A DNA stretch of 63,698 bases, filler included, from Octopus bimaculoides (GCF_001194135.2; 5 parts of 5 records of this genome joined end to end with filler, not necessarily neighbours in it); one strand, 5' to 3'; positions 13,070-26,822 are shown, counted from the first letter of the whole stretch. Numbers and translations: made by a program. Notes: generated from the letters alone by a model not told the origin.

Positions 13070-13615
13070 CCGAGTTTGTCTATTTTGTCCTCTCATTTAT
13101 ATCACTGTATCGTTAAATTTTTTACATTTAATAAAGTCTACAAATATTACAATTTTCATGTTTCACGGACAAATAAATATTCTTGACTACAATACCTGTT
13201 TTTTTTTAAAGTTTTCTTCGTCCTTTTTACTTTCAATTCGGGTTTGTCTATTTTGTCCTCTCATTTATGCCACAGTAGCTTGTGATGTTGACGCCACCAA
13301 ACAGAACAATATTATTGCATGGTGTTGAAACTGCGATGATATTTGGTAGATAAGTGATAACTGACAGAGCATGTTTGTAGCTATTGTGTATTTTCATGTT
13401 TTTCCCTATGTACCTCTGTCATCATTACGTGTTATATTTATTATTTTTTTTCTTATAATCATTTTAAAAGAGGTTCATTTAGACCCAATATCGTTGTAAT
13501 TTTTACATTTAATGAATACTACAAATATTATAATTTTCATGCTTCACGGACAAATAGATATTCTTGACTACGATACCTATATTTTTAAAGTTTAATTCCT
13601 CCTTATTACTTTCAT
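13070..13615. repeat. Local direct repeat (~115 bp, two copies)
   Basis: About 13120-13233 and 13500-13614 share TTTTACATTTAAT...CTACAAATATTA...TTCACGGACAAATA...CTTGACTAC...TTTAAAGTTT...TACTTTC; TTTGTCTATTTTGTCCTCTCATTTAT occurs at about 13075 and 13243. Confidence 0.7.
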
Positions 13616-15036
13616 ATATGAAAATTTTGGTAAAAAGAAAACATAATCATGAAGTCCTACGTTCTATGGAGATGGAAATATTTTTGATGGCCACAATAGG
13701 AACGCATTTCATCAAAGCTCTCTTCAGTTAGGATTGACTTCAGGCTAAACAAGAACAACAATCAATACTTTTCCGAGTCAATAGATGTTTATATTTCATA
13801 CATACATACTCCACATATAGATATATCTGTGTGTGGATAAGTGTGTACATGCATGTGTGTATATGTGCATGTCTGTAGGAGTGTGTGTATGTCATGCCGC
13901 AAATGTTGAACGATTTCCAAACGACCAGATTTGTTTTGTACGTATATCGATTCAACGCCCTACCCTATATATATATATATATATATACGCACGCGCATAT
14001 ACATACATACATGTACAAGTGCGTTTGTGTTTGTTTTTTATGTATATAAGAACTATTAAATGCAAGAAATTGTACTTGTATACACACACTCAAACACGTG
14101 ACAATGTACTTGCGTCTGTATACCTGTATCAGTCTAATGAAAGTAAATCTATATTATGATGTTAAATACAGACCATTCGAATTTACTGTTTGACTTCCAT
14201 TATTTCAGAAGATTAACTACACAGATCTTCTGTTTATGTTCTTTGCTAGAATCCAGAATGTTCGGCAACATTTCAAAGGTCATTAATCCCATTATTTCTT
14301 ATACGCCAGATTAATATTCCTTGCACATATTCCTGCATCCGTTTAGGATTTGTGGAGGATAACTTCACCGAATGCAGTTTCTTCATTTTTCATTGATATT
14401 ATCCAGTATTTTTTTCATATACTCTTGCTTTCTGTATCATTGGACTTCTTGTATGATCGCGTGTATGTGTATGCGCCTTTGTGTGTGCGCACGCATGTGC
14501 ATATATTTATGTATGTGTATGTATGTACGTGTGTGTATATACACACATACATATCGCATATATCTGTTATATATATATATATATATATATATNNNNNNNN
14601 NNNNNNNNNNNNNNNNNNNNNNNNNNNNNNNNNNNNNNNNNNNNNNNNNNNNNNNNNNNNNNNNNNNNNNNNNNNNNNNNNNNNNNNNNNNNNNNNNNNN
14701 NNNNNNNNNNNNNNNNNNNNNNNNNNNNNNNNNNNNNNNNNNNNNNNNNNNNNNNNNNNNNNNNNNNNNNNNNNNNNNNNNNNNNNNNNNNNNNNNNNNN
14801 NNNNNNNNNNNNNNNNNNNNNNNNNNNNNNNNNNNNNNNNNNNNNNNNNNNNNNNNNNNNNNNNNNNNNNNNNNNNNNNNNNNTATATGTATGTACGTGT
14901 GTGTATATATATTCACACATACATATCGCATATATTTGTTATATATATATGTGTGTGTTATGTATGTATGTTTGTATGTATTGTTGCATGTATGTATGTG
15001 TATATATATATGTGTATATATATATGTGTATATGTA

Positions 15037-15072
<36 letters not shown>

Positions 15073-15162
15073 TTTATATATATATGCACACTTACATATG
15101 CATATCAGTGTGTAGTTATATAGACTTACTATATATGTGTATGTGTGTCTAAGTGTGTTTGA

Positions 15163-15201
<39 letters not shown>

Positions 15202-15864
15202 ATGTAGACGCGTTTGCATTTATTAGCAATACTATTCATGGCTATATTGATTGTTTACATAGATATTTTAGTATATAAATGCCTGTATAATTTTATATAT
15301 ATTTCATGCAATACATAAAAGTGCATGCTTCCACAGACAGCCAAATATTTCCTTCTTTATTACCCACTCTACTCTTTTAGCTTTCTCTGTACACATACAC
15401 GCCTGCGTGTGTGTATGTGTGCGTGGGTATGCATGTATGTGTGTGTGTATGTGGGTGCGCACATGTAAAATGTGAAAAACTACGATAGATTTTCTTGTCA
15501 TAACTTCTATCGTCAGATAACCCTGTTTATTCAAGTACATTTTGACAAAAAAAGAGAAGAAAATAAAAAGTTGCTGCTTCTATTGGTGGCCATAAAGTTT
15601 TGATGGTTAGGCTGGGAGCGATAGATTTCAAGAAATGTAATAAATAAATGAAAATTGGTACAAAATAAGGCCAAAATAAATGAAATATACAAAAAGGAGG
15701 TTACGGATGTAAGATAGTTACATCAAATAAAGGAGAAGATAACCGAAAAAGAACATGAAACAAAAAGAGAAGAAATGAATAAGCGGGGTGGGAAACGAAA
15801 AATAGAAGTGAACCACGTATACATGCTAACATATGTGAAATTGCTGTTAATGAGGTTCCGATAT

Positions 15865-16340
15865 TATAACCCAGTTACATAATAGATATTTCTTGTTGTT
15901 GAAGCTGATATCAAGATTATGCAGGTATTTGAGAATTTGTTTCTTTTCTGCAGTGCAAAGTTCATATCTTTTGATTCCATTCTTGTAGGGTTTTGACCTT
16001 TCAATAATTTTCTATATAGTTTTATTGTAGGAAGTTTTGTTTGGAATTGCTCGATGTAATCGGTTAATATTGTCGTTTATTGTGTCTAGAAGTGGATGCT
16101 ATAGAGTCTTTGTTTGAACTTCCCTTTGGTCATGCCTACGTATCATTTACGTGTCACAGATACTTGTGGTTTCATACAGATAACCTCTGATTTATAAATT
16201 TCCAGTTTCTATGCTGCAATATTTCTTTAGTGGACAAGCATGGGTGTTGTTGAAAGAGTTGTGACTTTAGTTTAATTGACTATAGAAATGTAATACCATT
16301 TTTTGTCTTGTGTATGGCAATCCTCTAACTTGATTGAATA
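15865..16340 (-). pseudogene. Penelope-like retroelement GIY-YIG endonuclease relic
   Basis: Manual minus-strand translation: CPLKKYCSIETG/IYKSEV...YVGMTKGKFKQRLY...I*KIIERSKPYKNGIKRYELCTAEKKQILKYLHNLDISFN; retains the CPLxxxC, IY, YVG, FKxR and LCxxEK motifs of PLE endonucleases. Confidence 0.8.
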
Positions 16341-16926
16341 TTGTGCTTGGTAAAAACCTCTTTATACACGTGCGCGCGCACACACATATGTTTGGTTGAG
16401 TGTATTTATAATTTATACGACATTAGTTTAAACATTAAGCCGAAATTGGCTACTAAAGTATTGACGTAATACTAGGTTTCCTTATTAAAGTAACTGTTAA
16501 TGGCGGAGAGACTGAAAACAATACTGCTTGCATGTATTAATGATGAGATGCTTCAAAATAGTATGGAGTGACAAATGAAACTGTGGTAATATCAATACGG
16601 TATTTCATTAGAATGGTAATATAAATTAGCAGTTAGATCTAAGCTAGCCTAAAGAAGGGAATTGTAGAGTGTGGGAGTGACGGCATTTGATTCTATGAAC
16701 CCAATACCATAAGATATATAATTTAACGACTACATATGAAACAATATAAAGCAAGAATTAGCGACAATGAAATCCAGAACACAAGAAGAATCCTACAGAT
16801 TCTGCCTATCCACACCAAAATACAGACTGCAATGGACACCAAGCTCTCTCACTCTTGTTCTAGCACTTCCTTCATATGTTTCAATATAAGCTTTGTTTTT
16901 TTTCATGTAGTTCAACGTATTCTCTT

Positions 16927-17033
16927 CGTTCTTCTTCTTCTTCTTCTTCTTCTTCTTCTTCTTCTTCTTCTTCTTCTTCTTCTTCTTCTTCTTCTTCTTC
17001 TTCTTCTTCTTCTTCTTCTTCTTCTTCTTCTTC
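16927..17033 (+). repeat. (CTT)n microsatellite
   Basis: About 35 perfect CTT units; explains the poly-L and poly-S ORFs. Confidence 0.97.
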
Positions 17034-18086
17034 CAGGTGCATTCATGTCATGAAATTTTGTAAGTTCGTTGGAATTTTCACAACCAATTTCATTTCTTTT
17101 GATTGTTTTTTTTAATCATTATTTTAAATAGAATTCACTACCACTGTTTTGCAGTAACTTTACAATTGAATACACTCCCGTAAACTGGACAGTTTACACT
17201 CAAAATGCAAAATTTGAAACTCAGAACACAAAGAGATCTTATATGATGACCTAACAATTCCAACAATCCACTGCCAGTTCATTTATCCACCCCTAAAAGA
17301 CAAAAAGCAAGGTTGGCACCAGCGAGATGTGAACTTCGATTGAAGAGAGTTGGAATAGATACTACAAGACATTTTATACGACTCGCTAAAAATTCTATCT
17401 ATTCGGCGCCAGAATATGAAACAACGCCATTACTTTTCCTAGTCGATGTTCGATAATATTCATTAATACTTTTGCCGGCTTACATTTCCGCTAAATTACA
17501 TTTCCACTAAATTGTCAGTAACCAATGACTCTGAAAAAACAAAAAATCAATAATTTGTGATATCAGCAACTAGATCTTGTATCATTACACAAGTTTATTA
17601 GATTAATACAGAGACTGTTAATATTATCTATGTATAGGTGTAATTTATTTTCTCGGCGTTTTTACATTTCTGCAGGCACAAAAAAAAAAAAAAATGTAAA
17701 TAGTGGTTTTCTCATCACTACTTGGATAAGATCCGTGATGAGGTGGATACGGTGTCATATTTTTAAAACATGCCTCAGTTTCCCATATCTATCTTTTATA
17801 TTTTATATTTTTGGTTTTATCAGTCACTGAATTGTGTCCATGCCAAGGCACAACTTTTAAAGGTTTAACATTAGAAGTACCAGCATTTCTTACCTAAAGG
17901 ACCATAACAGTCACTTTTGACCGACATTAAAAATTTTATTGGAAAAAATTTACGTACAAAATATATATACAGGTGCAAGAGTGGCTACGTGTCATATATT
18001 GTAAATTTGCAAGATATGTTGGCGTTAAATAAACTGCAAATTATCCGATGCTTGTGCTTTAAGAAAACTAGCTCTTTCTACATGTG

Positions 18087-18139
<53 letters not shown>

Positions 18140-18140
<1 letters not shown>

Positions 18141-18233
18141 CAAAATAAGTAACAGGATATCAAGTAGTAATGCAGTACGACCGTTTCAGCAGGCGTACTG
18201 CATTACAACTTGATATCCCGTTATGTATTTTGA
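18140..18233. repeat. 94-bp imperfect palindrome (40-bp stem, 14-nt loop)
   Basis: TCAAAATAAGTAACAGGATATCAAGTAGTAATGCAGTACG pairs with CGTACTGCATTACAACTTGATATCCCGTTATGTATTTTGA with 4 mismatches. Confidence 0.9.
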
Positions 18234-18409
18234 TTTTATCCACCTTACTTCGAGCTGTGCGGACAATACCGGACTGACTTGGTGCTTCAACTTAAATACC
18301 TAATCAACTGAACTTTAATTACTTCTTATATATNNNNNNNNNNNNNNNNNNNNNNNNNNNNNNNNNNNNNNNNNNNNNNNNNNNNNNNNNNNNNNNNNNN
18401 NNNNNNNNN

Positions 18410-18460
<51 letters not shown>

Positions 18461-19088
18461 AGAAAATGGACGAATGGATTATGCGGTCTTGCCATAATGT
18501 TTCATTAGGAGATTTTGTTATGACGTAACATCGTATATTCTGTTATGTAAGAGATGCAACATCCATAGGATTATGCAATTCATCATTTTAAGATATCCCC
18601 CCACCAATCATCAGGCAACTACATTCAGATCAATATTTGATATGCTGTTAGAGTGACGAATTCAACAACATATATGTGTGTGTGTGCCCACGCGTGTGTG
18701 TTTGTGTATTAATATGCTTGTCTCATATACATTTCTGTATTGAATTTCGTACAGAAAGTTTCATGATTTCGGAAGAATCGTAATGTGTATGTAAAAGGAA
18801 AATTGAAATGTTTGTAAGAGGAAATTTCAAATGGTGATGAGATATAAGTGTAGGAAATAGCTTCTCTGTTTCTCCATTTAATCAGCAATCTTGCTTTCTC
18901 CTTTAGTGTTTCTTTTCGTTCCTCTGGCAGCTTTTCTAATTACTTATCTCGATCTATTATTTATCCTATCAATTTCCCTTTGCTCACAACGTTCTGCGTT
19001 CACTCTCATTCATTGCATGATTATCTATGTCTCAGTCAGCCTATAGATCTATCACTCAACCAATCTGTCAGTCTACTGTCTGTCTGTT

Positions 19089-19146
<58 letters not shown>

Positions 19147-19884
19147 TCGCGCACTTTATTTCTTTGTACAGACACAGAGATACACACGCAGAAACATACG
19201 CATACATAAACACATATATGTCTAGGTACATGTAAGCATATGTATGCATATATATATTTATATGAATATGTATATCCTTCTGTCTTTCTCCCTCTCTCTT
19301 TCTCCCTCTCTCTTTCTCTCTCTCTCTCTATATATATACATATATATATATATATGCATACATACACACATACATGCACATGAACATAGACACACACACA
19401 ATTCTAATTTTCTACTCCTCGTTTTGATTTGATTTGAAATTGCAAAACCTTTTACATCTGCCATCAAAACGATGCCTGCAATCGCATCGCCTGGGGATCA
19501 TATCGATCAGCCTCAATATATTCAAGATACCAGTGCAGCGGAGCAATATGCTTCAGTGAGCTGAGTAGTTTTGAATCTCCAATAAAGAGAGGAAATTTAC
19601 AAATTGTTTAACTAACACGATAAATATCTTTAAACTGTCTCACTAACTTCAGAATTTATCCGCGGAATAATTTATGCAAACCCACTCAAATATTTGTGCC
19701 GAATTAAGAAGAAAAATCAATGAAATATTATGGCAACTACTATTGGCTCCTGGCTGCTTCTTCTGACCAGACGAACAGAAGAGAACAAAATTATGCAAAT
19801 CATATTGGAAAGTTGTATTATCTCCTAATATAATAATGAGCGTAGTGTTTTTATATATTTGTGTGTGTATGTATATATATATAT

Positions 19885-19960
19885 ATATGGGAGAATATAC
19901 AAATAATAACAACAGACGAGGACAGGTGGTGTAAATAACAAAAGTATATATTAGTATATA
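19885..19960 (-). mobile_element. Terminal fragment of the short Penelope-type element, abutting (TA)n and a gap
   Basis: GGGAGAATATACAAATAATAACAACAGACGAGGACAGGTGGTG is the reverse complement of the 3' end of 29642-29830. Confidence 0.75.
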
Positions 19961-20143
19961 NNNNNNNNNNNNNNNNNNNNNNNNNNNNNNNNNNNNNNNN
20001 NNNNNNNNNNNNNNNNNNNNNNNNNNNNNNNNNNNNNNNNNNNNNNNNNNNNNNNNNNNNNNNNNNNNNNNNNNNNNNNNNNNNNNNNNNNNNNNNNNNN
20101 NNNNNNNNNNNNNNNNNNNNNNNNNNNNNNNNNNNNNNNNNNN

Positions 20144-20174
<31 letters not shown>

Positions 20175-20564
20175 CAGTATATATATATATACCCCAGTAA
20201 CTTAGTGGTCCTGCGTAAAATAACTGATAGAATAAGTGCTAGACTTATAAAGAAAACGAAATGGTGGGATCGATTTGTTCTATTAAGACCTTCACGTCGG
20301 TGGTCCGGCATGGCCGGAGTCCAATGACAAAAAATAATAGTATTAAACATGTATTTTATTGTCCATCAATTATCGTTTATGTTTTCTTGATTAGGAAACT
20401 GCCATCTGTTTTCTGCAATTAAGCTATGCATAAAACAATGGTACAAATTGCATGATGATATTGTATAAAAGATTAAGGCGGCGTGCTGGCAGAACTGTTA
20501 CCACGCCAGACAAAATACTTAGCAGCAGATCGTCCGTCTATATGTTCTGAGTTCGAATTCCGCT

Positions 20565-21234
20565 CTTCATGAATGGCGTGTGAACATTTGCAAACAGCTG
20601 CTGGAAAATCCTCGAAATGCTCGTTTTAGGCGTCGAATTGTAACTGAGGATGAAAAATGGATCTATTTTCGTAATCTTAATCAGAAAAATCAGTGGTTTT
20701 CTTCAGGCCAGGCTTCAGAACCTGTTGTCAAACAAAGGTGATTTGAAAAGAAGGTAATGTTGTGTGTTTGGTAGAATTTCGAAGGAGTGTTTCATTTTGA
20801 GCTGGTCCCAGATGGTCGTTCTGTGAATGTTAACCTTTATACTCAACAAACGCAGCATGTATATGACTCTTTGAAAATCTGCCAAACGGTATTAGTCAAT
20901 CGAAAACGCACACCCCTGCAGCATGGCAGTGACCCAACACATACTGTCAATAGGACCAAGTGCAAACTTAAAGAATATGAGGAGCTAGAAGCGTTGCCTC
21001 ACCCAGCTTACACAGACCTTGCACCATCAGATTACTACAGATTTCCGAGTTATGGCTAATTTCCTGCACGGACAGAAGTTCAACAATGTGTATGAGATTG
21101 AAAACGGACGCAATGAGGTTATTTTTTTTTAGACTCTAAACAAGCCAAATATATAAGAGGCGAATTGAACTTTTGGTACAACGATGGCAAGAGACAATAG
21201 AATAGAATATGGTGCGATACATTTTGATGAATAA
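20565..21234 (+). pseudogene. Mariner (DD34D-type) transposase relic
   Basis: One frame from 20565: LHEWRVNICKQLLEN...RRIVTEDEKWIYFRN...R*FEKKVMLCVW*NFEGVFHFELVPDG...LQHGSDPTH...LPHPAYTDLAPSDYYRF, then a frameshift to ...FLHGQKFNNVYEIE; matches IVTGDEKW, KVMLCVWW and PHPPYSPDLAPSDY motifs; in-frame stops and loss of the second catalytic Asp (HDNA to HGSD). Confidence 0.93.
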
Positions 21235-22383
21235 ACGCTTTTCGTGTGTAATTTGAACTATTAAAGCTTGAAATATGAAAAAACTATTGACTGAACATGA
21301 TAGCAGCTGTCCAACGAACTGGACAGTGGGGGGCAAGCTACGAAGATATGAGTTAAACCGAAGGCCACAGTGTGTCAGAGAGAGAATAGGAGAATCTGCT
21401 GCAGTTGTGAAGTCCCTGGTATAGTATTCATGTATAAAATCCCGGATGACGAATTCTCTTCTGGACGCATTCCCAAGTATGTATGTATATATAGGCACAC
21501 GCGCATGCAAGCACAAGGACACATATGTACCCATCGACACATATATAAGTATATACACATACATATATATGTATATGCACAAATGTATGTGTATATGCAC
21601 AGACATGCACACACGCATATATACACACACACACATTTACATACACATATATTCATAAACATATATGAATATATGTATATGCCTATGCTTATATGAAAGT
21701 ATACATGTCAATATATATATACATATATATTTATACATATGTATATCTATATTTATATTTGTATATACATACATTTACACACTCCCACACAAGCATCCCC
21801 CCCACACACATACACACACTATCGCATACATTCACACTCGCAAATTGTACGTGCTGTTAATTGTACAACTGCATTGAATTGTTTCCCGCCTCTGGGCACG
21901 GATCTGCACGTATTTTCTTTGAAATTAATGTCACAATATTGAAAAAGAACATTTCTACTTGAAAACCGAAGAAAATGACTGATATTCATTTCGCCTAACG
22001 TTAAAATAAACTCGCTTTGAAAACGAAACAGTAAAATATGATATGATTTACAAATGAGTTGGAATTACATATATTTAACTAAGCACTCACAAACATATAT
22101 ATATTAAATAAAATCTCTATCAAAACAAAATACTAAAAACTGATATATGTTTTCTATATCATACTCTGACACACGTGCACAATATCATACATTGGCTCTG
22201 TGACAAGCATACAGAAGTTGTATGTGTTTGTAGAAATAGAGTCATTACTTGTTTTTCGACATACATATGCAATAGATACACATATATACACCTATACACA
22301 TAAGCCACATACATGTAAGTAACACTAACACACAAGAAGGTATGATATATTTGTATGTGTATCCATACATAAGTATATATATC

Positions 22384-22420
<37 letters not shown>

Positions 22421-23470
22421 AAATATATGTGTGCGTATATACACATGGACACACACATATATACATATACATGTATATGTGTGTGTGTAGATAGATTGAT
22501 TGATAGATAGATAAATAGATACATACATATATACATACATACATACATATATACATGCATACATACATACATACATAGATATAGATACACAGATAGATAG
22601 ATAGATATAGATATTTGCATATATGTGTATGTATAAATGAGTGTGTATGTATGCATGTGTGTGTGTGTGTGTATGTGTGCGTGTGTGTATGTATGTGTGC
22701 ACCGAACTTTCAAATGCACAACGAACGCAGATTAATGTAGGCTCTAACCGACACTCTCCATTCATAAGAACAAATTTTCGCACACATACATACATACATA
22801 GGCATTCTCATATGCATACGTATATGCATGCACACAGACACTAACAAACATACACATATATACACAAAACTAAATATACGGTTATATATATATTTACTAA
22901 ACATATATTTACCAACACCCATAGAAATGCCTATATATATACACATACATACACATATACATATACACATATGCATTCATACATTTATTATATGCATATG
23001 TATTTGTGTGTGTATGTGTGTATGTTTGTACGTGCCTGTGCGTGTGTTTGTGTATTCCTTTTACGAGTAAAAAAAGAAACGATTCTCTCTGTCTATTTTT
23101 GCAACGCTACTCAATGAAAAAATAAGACAAAAAATTCTGTATTTGACAGCTTTGATCTCTGTCAAAGTATTTCAACTCTAAAAGGTTGTAGAACGATGGC
23201 AAGGGTCGATTCTGCTGACAAATCAGAAGCAATAGGATACTATGTTTGAAGAATTTGCCTATATAAAGTGAAGACATTTTCATCACTTGAGCCAGATTCA
23301 AAATATTTCACGTGGACAGGACGTCTAAGTGCACATAACTGAGACATGTATACTGAAGGGCACGCACTCAGGAACACACACATACTTACACACACATATA
23401 TTCGCACAGATGCTCACACAAACAAGCATGCACGCAGTATTTTAGTACTTCAATGGTTTGAGTTCAGATA

Positions 23471-23698
23471 CAGTAGCCCCTCGACTATCGCGGATGTTAC
23501 TTTCCGAAAAGCCGCCGCGATAGGTGAAAATCTTTCGAAATAGAAACAGTACTGTACTGTATATTTTTTTTAATTATTTTTAGAATTTGTATGTATTTAT
23601 TTTATTATAAATGCAAAACAACAGCACAGAGGAATCGATGTAGGCTTAAAAAATAATAAACCGCGATAGGTGAACCGCGATATGGCGAGTGATTATTG
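23471..23698. mobile_element. pogo/Tigger-like MITE with TA target duplication
   Basis: TA|CAGTAGCCCCTCGACTATCGCGG ... CCGCGATATGGCGAGTGATTATTG|TA; a second partial copy lies at 42066-42156. Confidence 0.8.
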
Positions 23699-24174
23699 TA
23701 TCTCTTTTGTCTTTTATAGTAGCGTTCTTACAAAACTTCTTGAAGGTAATAAATAATATATTTTCAAAATTATTCCCAGACACGCGGTTCCGGGTTCAGT
23801 CCTATTGCTAGGCACGTTCGACAAATGTCTTCTACTATAGCCACAGGCCTTCTGAGTGGATTTGGCATGTATTAATATTTAATAACGATATTATCGAGAG
23901 TGACTTCGAAGTTTCAGCCGGCTAACCCATCGTCGGACGATGACTTAGCTAGTTGAAATTTCGAAGTCACTGTCAATAAGTCTTACTTAAGAATAATAAA
24001 TTTGTAGTCTATAAAAGTATTGAGTAATCCATCAGATTAATGTAAAAATTTTTAATAATTCAACATAAAAACATCAATGCATGTTTGCGCTTGTGTGTGT
24101 GTGTATTTGTGGGTGTATACATGTATAATATGTATAATTAATATATACCTAAATGTGTATGTATATATATATAT

Positions 24175-24210
<36 letters not shown>

Positions 24211-24740
24211 GTGTGTGTAAGCAGAGTTAGCGGTTGGAATAACCATTTAAGGGATAAGAATATCCGTTCTTACTACCGGTATCAATTACCTATGTTAACC
24301 CTGGGCATGGGTATGCAAGCACACTATGCTCATAGGGTACAGGTAATAACAGAATAAACAAAAGTTCATCAGGAATCAAATTTAAATAACCAGAAAATGT
24401 CGGTCAAGTTGTTTGTTGATCAAAAGTTTTCTCAATTTTCTGCTTATTTAAATTCATATATANNNNNNNNNNNNNNNNNNNNNNNNNNNNNNNNNNNNNN
24501 NNNNNNNNNNNNNNNNNNNNNNNNNNNNNNNNNNNNNNNNNNNNNNNNNNNNNNNNNNNNNNNNNNNNNNNNNNNNNNNNNNNNNNNNNNNNNNNNNNNN
24601 NNNNNNNNNNNNNNNNNNNNNNNNNNNNNNNNNNNNNNNNNNNNNNNNNNNNNNNNNNNNNNNNNNNNNNNNNNNNNNNNNNNNNNNNNNNNNNNNNNNN
24701 NNNNNNNNNNNNNNNNNNNNNNNNNNNNNNNNNNNNNNNN

Positions 24741-24782
<42 letters not shown>

Positions 24783-25048
24783 CAAAGAGAGTTAGACGTT
24801 GTGAATCCAACCAACTAAGGGATTGTATCTATCCAATATACTACTGGTAGAATACCTAATTAATACACATGTGCTGTATTAATTATTGTATAATAATTAG
24901 GCGAGGGTAATAAGTGGTTTTACCCTTAATTTATATGGCAAGAAGAAAATGGAGGGAATACAGAAGTAGTGTTCATCAGCTCTTAGACATTATATGTCTA
25001 TTGTATTGTCTTCCGTTATTTCTTCCGCTATTTTATAGTTTCTTCTTG

Positions 25049-25084
<36 letters not shown>

Positions 25085-25094
25085 NNNNNNNNNN

Positions 25095-25128
<34 letters not shown>

Positions 25129-25995
25129 CCTATCTATCTCCATATATATTCTTGTATGCATATATTTTATGACGTTTATATGATTACCCTATAGAAATAC
25201 ATGCATACACATACAGAATCAAACTGCGTAGATATAACTAGATGCACATATATACACATATACGTTCACTTATACACATGTTCAAATAAAAACATACATA
25301 TAGATGAGTGAAAATCGATGAAAATCAATGAAAATCAATAAAAATCGATGAGCAAGCGCATTAGTGCAAACATCCACGTATTAATTTACTTACAGATATG
25401 CATACGTACACATGACCCACGCGCATTGTTTTCTAACAGGTCGCTATGCAGATTCACCTTTTGAAAACTGCGAGACATTGTGAAAATATCCGAGTGGATA
25501 GTGATCTACAGCGCAAGGGGGAATCTAAGCAGCTATCCAAGCACTGTAGAACGGCAACGTAAGAGAAAACAATGTTTCTTTAGTATAATTACTTAAGAAT
25601 TCTGAAACACTTCTTGTGAATTCAGCTTGGCTGATGTGAGAAAGGCCTAGAATAATTCTATCCTAAAAGCAGTGCCAGAGACAACTGGAGAGGTCATCAA
25701 AAAGTAGAAACGACTGACAATGTATCAACATTTTAATGCCCGCTTGTCTGTTTGAGAACTCGCTCGGTCTTTTTAACAATTTCGATTCCCTTGACAAACC
25801 GACAATAATGGAGCGACATATATATAGAATGAGCATCCAGAGAACCTCCATTGTGAACATTGTTTACTTTCGTCTTTTTCACCTGCATCACCTTTCTGAC
25901 ACGTTTCCTTGCGTCGTTCATCCGTCGTCACCAATGTCCTTCTAATGTACTTTACACATTCCAACCTGATACACATCTTTCCTTCCTCCTTCCCT

Positions 25996-26095
25996 NNNNN
26001 NNNNNNNNNNNNNNNNNNNNNNNNNNNNNNNNNNNNNNNTTAATTAATTAANNNNNNNNNNNNNNNNNNNNNNNNNNNNNNNNNNNNNNNNNNNN
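25996..26095. other. Artificial scaffold linker N44-TTAATTAATTAA-N44
   Basis: Exactly 100 bp; the 12-mer places stops in all six frames; identical at four places. Confidence 0.95.
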
Positions 26096-26112
26096 TATAT
26101 ATATATATATAT

Positions 26113-26425
26113 GCTGAGACGCCTTCGGTCATGACTGACCATGGGATTGCACCTAGAAAGTTACCCTCCCAGGTTGTTTGTGGAAGACCAGCAGTCGCCC
26201 ATGCATACCGGCCTCCCCTCTACACGCCACCAGTGTTATCCAAGGGAAAAGCAAAGGGGCCGATACAGCTTGGCACCTGTGACGTCGCAACTCATTTCTA
26301 CAGCTGAGTGAACGGGAGCAAGGTGAAATAAAGTGTCTTGCCCAAGAACACAACACGCAGCCCGGTCTGGGATTCGAACTCACAACCTCGCGATCGTAAG
26401 CTCGACGGTCTAACCAATGAGCCAA
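26113..26425 (-). mobile_element. tRNA-derived SINE, family D
   Basis: Minus strand: TGGCTCATTGGTTAGACC...GTGAGTTCGAATCCCAGACCGGGCTGCGTGTTGTGTTCTTGGGCAAGACACTTTATTTCAC. Confidence 0.8.
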
Positions 26426-26455
26426 TATATGTATATATATTCAGTAATGTATATC

Positions 26456-26489
<34 letters not shown>

Positions 26490-26822
26490 ACGGGATTCCA
26501 TACAGTTTCCGTCTGCTAAATTCACCCGCAAAGTATTGCTCGGTACGAGGCTATACTAGCACTCACTTACCCAAGGTGTCACGCTGAAGGACTGAACCCC
26601 AAATCACGAAACCACGTGGTTGCAAAGCAGACCTCCTACCTATTCAACCATACATATGTCTATCATGTTTATATATATATTTTTGATCCGTAAACCGATG
26701 AGATAGCCACGACTGGAATCCTTTTGATCATAGACATACTTGATCTAGGGCTTAACCAGGATTGGACAGCAGCAACATTAACAATAGGAACATAAATTAG
26801 TGTCAGTATTCCGAAGTGACCA

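Noticed and set aside
16410-16930. Possible decayed LINE coding sequence, including the 105-aa ORF
   Set aside because: No diagnostic motif was recoverable by eye, and the ORF length comes from the (CTT)n tract.
26040-26051. Palindromic TTAATTAATTAA as a conserved regulatory or piggyBac-type site
   Set aside because: It is always centred in exactly 44+44 N, so it is an assembly spacer.
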